Part shown: positions 15,001 to 30,000 of the stretch, in pieces | Layout: each line of letters starts with the position of its first letter | How positions within the stretch are numbered: position 1 is the first letter of the stretch | NCBI GenBank assembly: GCA_964016885.1 | Contig: OZ024763.1 | Location: 24,180,001-24,244,000, forward strand | Length of the DNA: 64,000 nucleotides | Direction of reading: 5' to 3' | From: Eledone cirrhosa | Taxonomy: Eukaryota | Notes under the pieces: model-generated | What the model saw: only the letters and a program-made list of their open reading frames with translations | Database searches by the model: none | What the model was told of the DNA's origin: nothing | Made by a program: the position numbers and the translations under genes

Positions 15001-18000
15001 TCAACATCCTCCCTCTGTCTCTATATTATATAGTCTTTCTCTTCCGAACAACTCACTACCCCTCTCTCTATATTATATAGTCTTTCTCTTCCGATCAACA
15101 CTCTCCCACTCTCTCTATATATTATATAGTCTTTCTCTTCCGATCAACACTCTCCCACTCTCTCTATATTATATAGTCTTTCTCTTCCGATCAACTAACT
15201 CCCCCTCTCTATATATTATATAGTCTTTCTCTTCCGATCAACTCTCTCCCTCTCTCTCTATATTATATAGTCTTTCTCTTCCGAACAACTTACTCCACCT
15301 CTCTATATATTATATAGTCTTTCTCTTCCGATCAACACTCTCCCTCTCTCTCTATATTATATAGTCTTTCCCTTCCGATCAACATCCTTCCTCTCTCTCT
15401 ATATTATATAGTCTTTCTCTTCCGAACAACTAACTCCCCCTCTCTCTATATTACATAGTCTTCCTCTTCCGATCAACATCCTCCCTCTCTATATATTATA
15501 TAGTCTTTCTCTTCCGAACAACTCACTCCCCCTCTCTCTATATTATATAGTCTTTCTCTTCCGATCAACACTCTCCCTCTCTCTATATTATATAGTCTTT
15601 CTCTTCCGATCAACACTTCCCCTCTCTCTATATATTATATAGTCTTTCTCTTCCGATCAACTCTCTCCCCCTCTCACTATATTATATAGTCTTCCTCTTC
15701 CGATCAACATCCTCCCTCTCTCTCTATATTATATAGTCTTTCTCTTCCGAACAACTCACTCCCCCTCTCTATATATTATATAGTATTTCTCTTCCGATCA
15801 ACACTCTCCCTCTCTCTCTATATTATATAGTCTTTCCCTTCCGATCAACATCCTCCCTCTCTCTCTATATTATATAGTCTTTCTCTTCCGAACAACTAAC
15901 TCCCCCTCTCTCTATATTATATAGTCTTCCTCTTCCGATCAACATCCTCCCTCTCTATATATTATATAGTCTTTCTCTTCCGAACAACTCACTCCCCCTC
16001 TCTCTATATTATATAGTCTTTCTCTTCCGATCAACTCTCTCCCCCTCTCTCTATATTATATAGTCTTTCTCTTCCGAACAACTCACACCCCCTCTCTATA
16101 TATTATATAGTCTTTCTCTTCCGATCAACACTCTCCCCCTCTCTCTATATTATATAGTCTTTCTCTTCCGATCAACACTCTCCCCCTCTCTCTATATTAT
16201 ATAGTCTTTCTCTTCCGATCAACACTATCACCCTCTCTCTATATTATATAGTCTTTCTCTTCCGATCAACACTCTCCCCCTCTCTCTATATTATATAGTA
16301 TTTCTCTTCCGATCAACACTCTCCCCCTCTCTCTATATTATATAGTCTTTCTCTTCCGATCAACACTTCCCCCTCTCTCTATATTATATAGTCTTTCTCT
16401 TCCGATCAACTCTCTCCCCCTCTCTCTATATTATATAGTCTTTCTCTTCCGATCATCTAACTCCCCCTCTTTCTATATTATAAAGTCTTTCTCTTCCGAT
16501 CAACTAACTCCCCCTCTCTATATATTATATAGTCTTTCTCCTCCAATCAACTCACTCCCCCTCTCTATATATTATATAGTCTTTCTCTTCCGATCAACAC
16601 TCTCCCTCTCTCTATATATTATATAGTCTTTCTCTTCCGATCAACTCTCTCCCCCTCTCTCTATATTATATAGTCTTCCTCTTCCGATCAACATCCTCCC
16701 TCTGTCTCTATATTATATAGTCTTTCTCTTCCGAACAACTCACTACCCCTCTCTCTATATTATATAGTCTTTCTCTTCCGATCAACACTCTCCAACTCTC
16801 TCTATATATTATATAGTCTTTCTCTTCCGATCAACACTCTCCCACTCTCTCTATATTATATAGTCTTTCTCTTCCGATCAACTAACTCCCCCTCTCTATA
16901 TATTATATAATCTTTCTCTTCCGATCAACTAACTCCCCCTCTCTATATATTATATAGTCTTTCTCTTCCGATCAACACTCTCCCTCTCTCTATATATTAT
17001 ATAGTCTTTCTCTTCCGATCAACTAACTCCCCCTCTCTCTATATTATATAGTCTTTCCCTTCCGATCAACTAACTCCCCCTCTCTATATATTATATAGTC
17101 TTTCTCTTCCGATCAACTAACTCCCCCTCTCTCTATATTATATAGTCTTTCTCCTCCGATCAACTCTCTCCCTCTCTCTCTATATTATATAGTCTTTCTC
17201 TTCCGAACAACTTACTCCCCCTCTCTATATATTATATAGTCTTTCTCTTCCGATCAACACTTTCTCTCCTTTCTCTCTATATTATATAGTCTTTCCCTTC
17301 CGATCAACATCCTCCCTCTCTCTCTATATTATATAGTCTTTCTCTTCCGAACAACTAACTCCCCCTCTCTCTATATTATATAGTCTTCCTCTTCCGATCA
17401 ACATCATCCCTCTCTCTCTATATTATATAGTCTTTCTCTTCCTAACAACTCACTCCCTCTCTCTCTATATTATATAGTCTTTCTCTTCCGATCAACACTC
17501 TCCCTCTCTCTATATATTATATAGTCTTTCTCTTCCGATCAACACTTCCCCTCTCTCTATATATTATATAGTCTTTCTCTTCCGATCAACACTCTCCCTC
17601 TCTCTATATATTATATAGTTTTTCTCTTCCGATCAACTCTCTCCCCCTCTCTCTATATTATATAGTCTTCCTCTTCCGATCAACATCCTCCCTCTCTCTC
17701 TATATTATATAGTCTTTCTCTTCCGATCAACTAACTCCCCCTCTCTCTATATTATATAGTCTTTCTCTTCCGATCAACTAAATCCCCCTCTCTATATATT
17801 ATATAGTCTTCCTCTACCGATCAACACTCTCCCTCTCTCTCTATATTATATAGTCTTTCTCTTCCGAACAACTAACTCCCCCTCTTTCTATATTATATAG
17901 TCTTTCTCTTCCGATCAACTAACTCCCCCTCTCTCTATATTATATAGTCTTTCTCCTCCGATCATCTCTCTCCCTCTCTCTCTATATTATATAGTCTTTC

Positions 18001-21000
18001 TCTTCCGATCAACTCTCTCCCCCTCTCTCTATATTATATAGTCTTCCTCTTCCGATCAACATCCTCCCTCTGTCTCTATATTATATAGTCTTTCTCTTCC
18101 GATCAACACTCTCCCTCTCTCTCTATATTATATAGTCTTTCCCTTCCGATCAACATCCTCCCTCTCTCTCTATATTATATAGTCTTTCTCTTCCGAACAA
18201 CTAACTCCCCCTCTCTCTATATTATATAGTCTTCCTCTTCCGATCAACATCCTCCCTCTCTGTATATTATATAGTCATTCTCTTCCGAACAACTCACTCC
18301 ACCTCTCTCTATATTATATAGTCTTTCTCTTCCGATCAACACTCTCCCTCTCTCTATATATTATATAGTCTTACTCCTCCGATCAACACTTCCCCTCTCT
18401 CTATATATTATATAGTCTTTCTCTTCCGATCAACTCTCTCCCCCTCTCACTATATTATATAGTCTTCCTCTTCCGATCAACATCCTCCCTCTCTCTCTAT
18501 ATTATATAGTCTTTCTCTTCCGAACAACTCACTCCCCCTCTCTATATATTATATAGTCTTTCTCTTCCGATCAACACTCTCCCACTCTCTCTATATATTA
18601 TATAGTCTTTCTCTTCCGATCAACACTCCCCCTCTCTCTATATATTATATAGTCTTTCTATTCCGATCAACACTCTCCCACTCTCTATATATTATATAGT
18701 CTTGCTCTTCCGAACAACTCACTACCCCTCTCTATATATTATATAGTCTTTCTCTTCCGATCAACTCTTTCCCCCTCTCTCTATATTATATATTCTTTTT
18801 CTTCCGATCAAGTAACTCCCCCTCTCTATATATTAAATAGTCTTTCTATTCCGATCAACACTCTCCCACTCTCTCTATATATTATATAGTCTTTCTCTTC
18901 CTATCAACTCTCTTCCCCTCTCTCTATATTATATAGTCTTTCTCTTCCGATCAACTCTCTCCCCCTCTCTATATATTATATAGTCTTTCTCTTCCGATCA
19001 ACTCTCTCCTCTCTCTATATATTATATAGTCTTTCTCTTCCAATCAACTCCCCCCCCTCTCTCTATATTATATAGTCTTTCTCTTCCGAACAACTCTCTC
19101 CCACTCTCTCTATATTATATAGTCTTTCTCTTCCGATCAACACTCTCCCTCTCTCTATATATTATATAGTCTTTCTCTTCCGATCAACACTCTCCCTCTC
19201 TCTCTATATTATATAGTCTTTCTCTTACGATTAACTCTCTCCCTCTCTCTATATATTATATAGTCTTTCTCTTCCGATCAACACTCTCCCTCTCTCTATA
19301 TATATTATATAGTCTTTCTCTTCCGATCAACACTCTCCCTCTCTCTATATATTATATAGTCTTTCTCTTCCGATCAACACTCTCCCTCTCTCTCTATATT
19401 ATAGTCTTTCTCTTCCGATCAACTCTCTTCGCCTCTCTCTATATTATATAGTCTTTCTCTTCCGATCAACTCTCACCCACTCTCTCTATATTATATAGTC
19501 TTTCTCTTCCGAACAACTCACACCCCCTCTCTATATATTATATAGTCTTTCTCTTCCGATCAACACTCTCCCCCTCTCTCTATATTATATAGTCTTTCTC
19601 TTCCGATCAACACTCTCCCCCTCTCTCTATATTATATAGTATTTCTCTTCCGATCAACACTCTCCCCCTCTCTCTATATTATATAGTCTGTCTCTTCCGA
19701 TCAACTGTCTCCCCCTCTCTCTATATTATATAGTCTTTCTCTTCCGATCAACTCTCTCCCCCTCTCTCTATATTATATAGTCTTTCTCTTCCGATCATCT
19801 AACTCCCCCTCTTTCTATATTATATAGTCTTTCTCTTCCGATCAACTAACTCCCCCTCTCTATATATTATATAGTCTTTCTCCTCCAATCAACTCACTCC
19901 CCCTCTCTATATATTATATAGTCTTTCTCTCCGATCAATACTCTCCCTCTCTCTATATATTATATAGTCTTTCTCTTCCGATCAACTCTCTCCCCCTCTC
20001 TCTATATTATATAGTCTTCCTCTTCCGATCAACATCCTCCCTCTGTCTCTATATTATATAGTCTTTCTCTTCCGAACAACTCACTCCCCCTCTCTCTATA
20101 TTATATAGTCTTTCTCTTCCGATCAACACTCTCCCACTCTCTCTATATTATATAGTCTTTCTCTTCCGATCAACTAACTCCCCCTCTCTATATATTATAT
20201 AGTCTTTCTCTTCCGATCAACTAACTCCCCCTCTCTCTATATTATATAGTCTTTCTCTTCCGAACAACTCACTCCCCCTCTCTCTATATTATATAGTCTT
20301 TCTCTTCCGATCAACACTCTCCCACTCTCTCTATATTATATAGTCTTTCTCTTCCGATCAACTCACTCCCCCTCTCTCTATATTATATAGTCTTTCTCTT
20401 CCGATCAACTAACTCCCCCTCTCTCTATATTATATAGTCTTTCTCTTCCGATCAACTAACTCCCCCTCTCTCTATATTATATAGTCTTTCCCTTCCGATC
20501 AACTAACTCCCCCTCTCTCTATATTATATAGTCTTTCTCTTCCGATCAACTAACTCCCCCTCTCTCTATATTATATAGTCTTTCTCTTCCGATCAACACT
20601 CTCCCTCTCTCTATATATTATATAGTCTTTCTCTTCCGATCAACTAACTCCCACTCTCTCTATATTATATAGTCTTTCTCTTCCGATCAACTCACTCCCC
20701 CTCTCTATATATTATATAGTCTTTCCCTTCCGATCAACTAACTCCCCCTCTCTATATATTATATAGTCTTTCTCTTCCGATCAACTAACTCCCCCTCTCT
20801 ATATATTATATAGTCTTTCTCTTCCGATCAACTAACTACCCCTCTCTATATATTATATAGTCTTTCTCTTACGATCAACACTCTCCCTCTCTCTATATAT
20901 TATATAGTCTTTCTCTTCCGAACAACTCTCTCCCCCTCTCTCTATATTATATAGTCTTTCTCTTCCGATCAACTAACACCCCCTCTCTCTATATTATATA

Positions 21001-24000
21001 GTCTTTCTCCTCCGATCAACTCTCTCCCTCTCTCTATATATTATATAGTCTTTCTCTTCCGAACAACTTACTCCACCTCTCTATATATTATATAGTATTT
21101 CTCTTCCGATCAACACTCTCCCTCTCTCTCTATATTATATAGTCTTTCCCTTCCGATCAACATCCTCCCTCTCTCTCTATATTATATAGTCTTTCTCATC
21201 CGAACAACTAACTCCCCCTCTCTCTATATTATATAGTCTTCCTCTTCCGATCAACATCTTCCCTCTCTATATATTATATAGTCTTTCTCTTCCGAACAAC
21301 TCACTCTCTCCCTCTCTCTATATTATATAGTCTTTCTCTTCCGATCAACACTCTCCCTCTCTCTATATATTATATAGTCTTTCTCTTCCGATCAACACTT
21401 CCCCTCTTTCTATATATTATATAGTCTTTCTCTTCCGATCAACTCTCTCCCCCTCTCACTATATTATATAGTCTTCCTCTTCCGATCAACATCCTCCCTC
21501 TCTCTCTATATTATATAGTCTTTCTCTTCCGAACAACTCACTCCCATTCTCTATATATTATATAGTCTTTCTCTTCCGAACAACTCACTCCCCCTCTCTC
21601 TATATTATATAGTCTTTCTCTTCCGATCAACTAAATCCCCCTCTCTATATATTATATAGTCTTTCTCTACCGATCAACACTCTCCCTCTCTCTCTATATT
21701 ATATAGTCTTTCTCTTCCGATCAACTAACTCCCCCTCTCTCTATATTATATAGTCTTTCCCTTCCGATCAACTAACTCCCCCTCTCTCTATATTATATAG
21801 TCTTTCTCCTCCGATCAACTCTCTCCCTCTCTCTCTATATTATATAGTCTTTCTCTTCCGAACAACTCACTCCCCCTCTCTATATATTATATAGTCTTTC
21901 TCTTCCGATCAATACTCTCCCTCTCTCTCTCTATATTATATAGTCTTTCCCTTCCGATCAACATCCTCCCTCTCTCTCTATATTATATAGTCTTTCTCTT
22001 CCGATCATCTAACTCCCCCTCTTTCTATATTATATAGTCTTTCTCTTCCGATCAACACTCTCCCTCTCTCTATATATTATATAGTCTTTCTCTTCCGATC
22101 AACTCTCTCCCCCTCTCTCTATATTATATAGTCTTCCTCTTCCGATCAACATCCTCCCTCTCTCTCTATATTATATAGTCTTTCTCTTCCGAACAACTCA
22201 CTCCCCCTCTCTCTATATTATATAGTCTTTCTCTTCCGATCAACACTCTCCCACTCTCTCTATATATTATATAGTCTTTCTCTTCCGATCAACACTCTCC
22301 CACTCTCTCTATATTATATAGTCTTTCTCTTCCGATCAACTAACTCCCGCTCTCTCTATATTATATAGTCTTTCTCTTCCGATCAACACTATCCCCCTCT
22401 CTATATATTATATAGTCTTTCTCTTCCGATCAACTCTCTTCCCCTCTCTATATATTATATAGTCTTTCTCTTCCGATCAACATTCTCCCTATATATTATA
22501 TAGTCTTTCTCTTCCGATCAACTCTCTCCCCCTCTCTCTATATTATATAGTCTTCCTCTTCCGATCAACATCCTCCCTCTCTCTATATATTATATAGTCT
22601 TTCTCTTCCGATCAACTCACTCCCCCTCTCTCTATATTATATAGTCTTTCTCTTCCGATCAACACTCTCCCACTCTCTCTATATATTATATAGTCTTTCT
22701 CTTCCGATCAACACTCTCCCACTCTCTCTATATTATATAGTCTTTCTCTTCCGATCAACTAACTCCCCCTCTCTCTATATTATATAGTCTTTCTCTTCCG
22801 ATCAACTAAATCCCCCTCTCTATATATTATATAGTCTTTCTCTACCGATCAACACTCTCCCTCTCTCTCTATATTATATAGTCTTTCTCTTCCGATCAAC
22901 TAACTCCCCCTCTCTCTCTATATTATATAGTCTTTCCCTTCCGATCAACTAACTCCCCCTCTCTCTATATTATATAGTCTTTCTCCTCCGATCAACTCTC
23001 TCCCTCTCTCTCTATATTATATAGTCTTTCTCTTCCGAACAACTCACTCCCCCTCTCTATATATTATATAGTCTTTCTCTTCCGATCAATACTCTCCCTC
23101 TCTCTCTATATTATATAGTCTTTCCCTTCCGATCAACATCCTCCCTCTCTCTCTATATTATATAGTCTTTCTCTTCCGATCATCTAACTCCCCCTCTTTC
23201 TATATTATATAGTCTTTCTCTTCCGATCAACACTATATCCCTCTCTATATATTATATAGTCTTTCTCTTCCGATCAACTCTCTTCCCCTCTCTATATATT
23301 ATATAGTCTTTCTCTTCCGATCAACACTCTCCCTCTCTCTATATATTATATAGTCTTTCTCTTCCGATCAACTCTCTCCCCCTCTCTCTATATTATATAG
23401 TCTTCCTCTTCCGATCAACATCCTCCCTCTCTCTCTATATTATATAGTCTTTCTCTTCCGAACAACTCACTCCCCCTCTCTCTATATTATATAGTCTTTC
23501 TCTTCCGATCAACACTCTCCCACTCTCTCTATATATTATATAGTCTTTCTCTTCTGATCAACACTCTCCCACTCTCTCTATATTATATAGTCTTTCTCTT
23601 CCGATCAACTAACTCCCGCTCTCTCTATATTATATAGTCTTTCTCTTCCGATCATCTAACTCCCCCTCTTTCTATATTATATAGTCTTTCTCTTCCGATC
23701 AACACTATCCCCCTCTCTATATATTATATAGTCTTTCTCTTCCGATCAACTCTCTTCCCCTCTCTATATATTATATAGTCTTTCTCTTCCGATCAACACT
23801 CTCCCTATATATTATATAGTCTTTCTCTTCCGATCAACTCTCTCCCCCTCTCTCTATATTATATAGTCTTCCCCTTCCGATCAACATCCTCCCTCTCTCT
23901 ATATATTATATAGTCTTTCTCTTCCGAACAACTCACTCCCCCTCTCTCTATATTATATAGTCTTTCTCTTCCGATCAACACTCTCCCACTCTCTCTATAT

Positions 24001-27000
24001 ATTATATAGTCTTTCTCTTCCGATCAACACTCTCCCACTCTCTCTATATTATATAGTCTTTCTCTTCCGATCAACTAACTCCCCCTCTCTCTATATTATA
24101 TAGTCTTTCTCTTCCGATCAACTAACTCCCCCTCTCTATATATTATATAGTCTTTCTCTTCCTATCAACACTCTCCCACTCTCTCTATATTATATAGTCT
24201 TTCTCTTCCGATCAACTCTCTCCTTCTCTCTATATATTATATAGTCTTTCTCTTCCGATCAACTCTCTCCCCCTCTCTCTATATTATATAGTCTTTCTCT
24301 TCCGAACAACTCTCTCCCACTCTCTCAATATTATATAGTCTTTCTCTTCCGATCAACACTGTCCCACTCTCTCTATATTATATAGTCTTTCTCTTCCGAT
24401 CAACACTGTCCTACTCTCTCTATATTATATAGTCTTTCTCTTCCGATCAACACTGTCCCACTCACTCTATATTATATAGTCTTTCTCTTCCGATCAACAC
24501 TGTCCCACTCTCTCTATATTATATAGTCTTTCTATTCCGATCAACACCCTCCCTCTCTCTATATATTTTATAGTCTTTCTCTTCCGATCAACACTCTCCA
24601 TCTCTCTATATATTATATAGTCTTTCTCTTCCGATCAACACTCTCCCTCTCTCTCTATATTATATAGTCTTTCTCTTCCGATTAACTCTATCCCTCTCTC
24701 TATATATTATATAGTCTTTCTCTTCCGATCAACACTCTCCCACTCTCTCTATATATTATATAGTCTTTCTCTTCGAATCAACTCTCTCCCCCTCTCTCTA
24801 TACTATATAGTCTTTCTCTTCCGATCAACTCTCTCCCTCTCTCTCTATATTATATAGTCTTTCTCTTTCGATCAACTCTCTCCCCCTCTCTATATATTAT
24901 ATAGTCTTTCTCTTCCGAACAACTCACTCCCCCTCTCTATATATTATATAGTCTTTCTCTTCCGATCAACACTCTCCCTCTCTCTATATATTATATAGTC
25001 TTTCTCTTCCGATCAACACTCTCCCTGTCTCTATATATATTATATAGTCTTTCTCTTCCGATCAACACTCTCCCTCTCTCTATATATTATATAGTCTTTC
25101 TCTTCCGATCAACATTCTCCCTCTCTCTCTATATTATAGTCTTTCTCTTCCGATCAACTCTCTCCCCCTCTCTCTATATTATATAGTCTTTCTCTTCCGA
25201 TCAACTCTCTCTCTCTATATATATATTATATAGTCTTTCTCTTCCGATCAACACTCTCCCACTCTCTCTATATATTATATAGTCTTTCTCTTCCGATCAA
25301 CTCTCTCCCCCTCTCTCTATATTATATAGTGTTTCTCTTCCGATCAACTCTCTCCCCCTCTCTATATATTATATAGTCTTTCTCTTCCGATCAACACTCT
25401 CCCCCTCTCTCTATATTATACAGTCTTTCTCTTCCGATCAACACTATCCCTCACTCTCTATATTATATAGTCTTTCTCTTCCGAACAACACTCTCCCCCT
25501 CTCTCTATATTATATAGTCTTTCTCTTCCGATCAACACTCTCCCCCTCTCTCTATATTATACAGTCTTTCTCTTCCGATCAACACTCTCCCCCTCTCTCT
25601 ATATTATATAGTCTTTCTCTTCCGATCAACACTCTCCCCCTCTCTCTATATTATACAGTCTTTCTCTTCCGATCAACACTATCCCTCTCTCTATATATTA
25701 TATAGTCTTTCTCTTCCGATCAACTCTCTCCCCCTCTCTCTATATTATATAGTCTTCCTCTTCCGATCAACATCCTCCCTCTGTCTCTATATTATATAGT
25801 CTTTCTCTTCCGAACAACTCACTCCCCCTCTCTCTATATTATATAGTCTTTCTCTTCCGATCAACACTCTCCCACTCTCTCTATATTATATAGTCTTTCT
25901 CTTCCGATCAACTAACTCCCCCTCTCTATATATTATATAGTCTTTCTCTTCCGATCAACTAACTCCCCCTCTCTCTATATTATATAGTCTTTCTCTTCCG
26001 AACAACTCACTCCCCCTCTCTCTATATTATATAGTCTTTCTCTTCCGATCAACACTCTCCCACTCTCTCTATATTATATAGTCTTTCTCTTCCGATCAAC
26101 TCACTCCCCCTCTCTCTATATTATATAGTCTTTCTCTTCCGATCAACTAACTCCCCCTCTCTCTATATTATATAGTCTTTCTCTTCCGATCAACTAACTC
26201 CCCCTCTCTCTATATTATATAGTCTTTCCCTTCCGATCAACTAACTCCCCCTCTCTCTATATTATATAGTCTTTCTCTTCCGATCAACTAACTCCCCCTC
26301 TCTCTATATTATATAGTCTTTCTCTTCCGATCAACACTCTCCCTCTCTCTATATATTATATAGTCTTTCTCTTCCGATCAACTAACTCCCACTCTCTCTA
26401 TATTATATAGTCTTTCTCTTCCGATCAACTCACTCCCCCTCTCTATATATTATATAGTCTTTCCCTTCCGATCAACTAACTCCCCCTCTCTATATATTAT
26501 ATAGTCTTTCTCTTCCGATCAACTAACTCCCCCTCTCTATATATTATATAGTCTTTCTCTTCCGATCAACTAACTACCCCTCTCTATATATTATATAGTC
26601 TTTCTCTTACGATCAACACTCTCCCTCTCTCTATATATTATATAGTCTTTCTCTTCCGAACAACTCTCTCCCCCTCTCTCTATATTATATAGTCTTTCTC
26701 TTCCGATCAACTAACACCCAGTCTCTCTATATTATATAGTCTTTCTCCTCCGATCAACTCTCTCCCTCTCTCTATATATTATATAGTCTTTCTCTTCCGA
26801 ACAACTTACTCCACCTCTCTATATATTATATAGTATTTCTCTTCCGATCAACACTCTCCCTCTCTCTCTATATTATATAGTCTTTCCCTTCCGATCAACA
26901 TCCTCCCTCTCTCTCTATATTATATAGTCTTTCTCATCCGAACAACTAACTCCCCCTCTCTCTATATTATATAGTCTTCCTCTTCCGATCAACATCTTCC

Positions 27001-30000
27001 CTCTCTATATATTATATAGTCTTTCTCTTCCGAACAACTCACTCTCTCCCTCTCTCTATATTATATAGTCTTTCTCTTCCGATCAACACTCTCCCTCTCT
27101 CTATATATTATATAGTCTTTCTCTTCCGATCAACACTTCCCCTCTCTCTATATATTATATAGTCTTTCTCTTCCGATCAACTCTCTCCCCCTCTCACTAT
27201 ATTATATAGTCTTCCTCTTCCGATCAACATCCTCCCTCTCTCTCTATATTATATAGTCTTTCTCTTCCGAACAACTCACTCCCATTCTCTATATATTATA
27301 TAGTCTTTCTCTTCCGAACAACTCACTCCCCCTCTCTCTATATTATATAGTCTTTCTCTTCCGATCAACTAAATCCCCCTCTCTATATATTATATAGTCT
27401 TTCTCTACCGATCAACACTCTCCCTCTCTCTCTATATTATATAGTCTTTCTCTTCCGATCAACTAACTCCCCCTCTCTCTATATTATATAGTCTTTCCCT
27501 TCCGATCAACTAACTCCCCCTCTCTCTATATTATATAGTCTTTCTCCTCCGATCAACTCTCTCCCTCTCTCTCTATATTATATAGTCTTTCTCTTCCGAA
27601 CAACTCACTCCCCCTCTCTATATATTATATAGTCTTTCTCTTCCGATCAATACTCTCCCTCTCTCTCTCTATATTATATAGTCTTTCCCTTCCGATCAAC
27701 ATCCTCCCTCTCTCTCTATATTATATAGTCTTTCTCTTCCGATCATCTAACTCCCCCTCTTTCTATATTATATAGTCTTTCTCTTCCGATCAACACTCTC
27801 CCTCTCTCTATATATTATATAGTCTTTCTCTTCCGATCAACTCTCTCCCCCTCTCTCTATATTATATAGTCTTCCTCTTCCGATCAACATCCTCCCTCTC
27901 TCTCTATATTATATAGTCTTTCTCTTCCGAACAACTCACTCCCCCTCTCTCTATATTATATAGTCTTTCTCTTCCGATCAACACTCTCCCACTCTCTCTA
28001 TATATTATATAGTCTTTCTCTTCCGATCAACACTCTCCCACTCTCTCTATATTATATAGTCTTTCTCTTCCGATCAACTAACTCCCGCTCTCTCTATATT
28101 ATATAGTCTTTCTCTTCCGATCAACACTATCCCCCTCTCTATATATTATATAGTCTTTCTCTTCCGATCAACTCTCTTCCCCTCTCTATATATTATATAG
28201 TCTTTCTCTTCCGATCAACATTCTCCCTATATATTATATAGTCTTTCTCTTCCGATCAACTCTCTCCCCCTCTCTCTATATTATATAGTCTTCCTCTTCC
28301 GATCAACATCCTCCCTCTCTCTATATATTATATAGTCTTTCTCTTCCGATCAACTCACTCCCCCTCTCTCTATATTATATAGTCTTTCTCTTCCGATCAA
28401 CACTCTCCCACTCTCTCTATATATTATATAGTCTTTCTCTTCCGATCAACACTCTCCCACTCTCTCTATATTATATAGTCTTTCTCTTCCGATCAACTAA
28501 CTCCCCCTCTCTCTATATTATATAGTCTTTCTCTTCCGATCAACTAAATCCCCCTCTCTATATATTATATAGTCTTTCTCTACCGATCAACACTCTCCCT
28601 CTCTCTCTATATTATATAGTCTTTCTCTTCCGATCAACTAACTCCCCCTCTCTCTCTATATTATATAGTCTTTCCCTTCCGATCAACTAACTCCCCCTCT
28701 CTCTATATTATATAGTCTTTCTCCTCCGATCAACTCTCTCCCTCTCTCTCTATATTATATAGTCTTTCTCTTCCGAACAACTCACTCCCCCTCTCTATAT
28801 ATTATATAGTCTTTCTCTTCCGATCAATACTCTCCCTCTCTCTCTATATTATATAGTCTTTCCCTTCCGATCAACATCCTCCCTCTCTCTCTATATTATA
28901 TAGTCTTTCTCTTCCGATCATCTAACTCCCCCTCTTTCTATATTATATAGTCTTTCTCTTCCGATCAACACTATATCCCTCTCTATATATTATATAGTCT
29001 TTCTCTTCCGATCAACTCTCTTCCCCTCTCTATATATTATATAGTCTTTCTCTTCCGATCAACACTCTCCCTCTCTCTATATATTATATAGTCTTTCTCT
29101 TCCGATCAACTCTCTCCCCCTCTCTCTATATTATATAGTCTTCCTCTTCCGATCAACATCCTCCCTCTCTCTCTATATTATATAGTCTTTCTCTTCCGAA
29201 CAACTCACTCCCCCTCTCTCTATATTATATAGTCTTTCTCTTCCGATCAACACTCTCCCACTCTCTCTATATATTATATAGTCTTTCTCTTCTGATCAAC
29301 ACTCTCCCACTCTCTCTATATTATATAGTCTTTCTCTTCCGATCAACTAACTCCCGCTCTCTCTATATTATATAGTCTTTCTCTTCCGATCATCTAACTC
29401 CCCCTCTTTCTATATTATATAGTCTTTCTCTTCCGATCAACACTATCCCCCTCTCTATATATTATATAGTCTTTCTCTTCCGATCAACTCTCTTCCCCTC
29501 TCTATATATTATATAGTCTTTCTCTTCCGATCAACACTCTCCCTATATATTATATAGTCTTTCTCTTCCGATCAACTCTCTCCCCCTCTCTCTATATTAT
29601 ATAGTCTTCCCCTTCCGATCAACATCCTCCCTCTCTCTATATATTATATAGTCTTTCTCTTCCGAACAACTCACTCCCCCTCTCTCTATATTATATAGTC
29701 TTTCTCTTCCGATCAACACTCTCCCACTCTCTCTATATATTATATAGTCTTTCTCTTCCGATCAACACTCTCCCACTCTCTCTATATTATATAGTCTTTC
29801 TCTTCCGATCAACTAACTCCCCCTCTCTCTATATTATATAGTCTTTCTCTTCCGATCAACTAACTCCCCCTCTCTATATATTATATAGTCTTTCTCTTCC
29901 TATCAACACTCTCCCACTCTCTCTATATTATATAGTCTTTCTCTTCCGATCAACTCTCTCCTTCTCTCTATATATTATATAGTCTTTCTCTTCCGATCAA

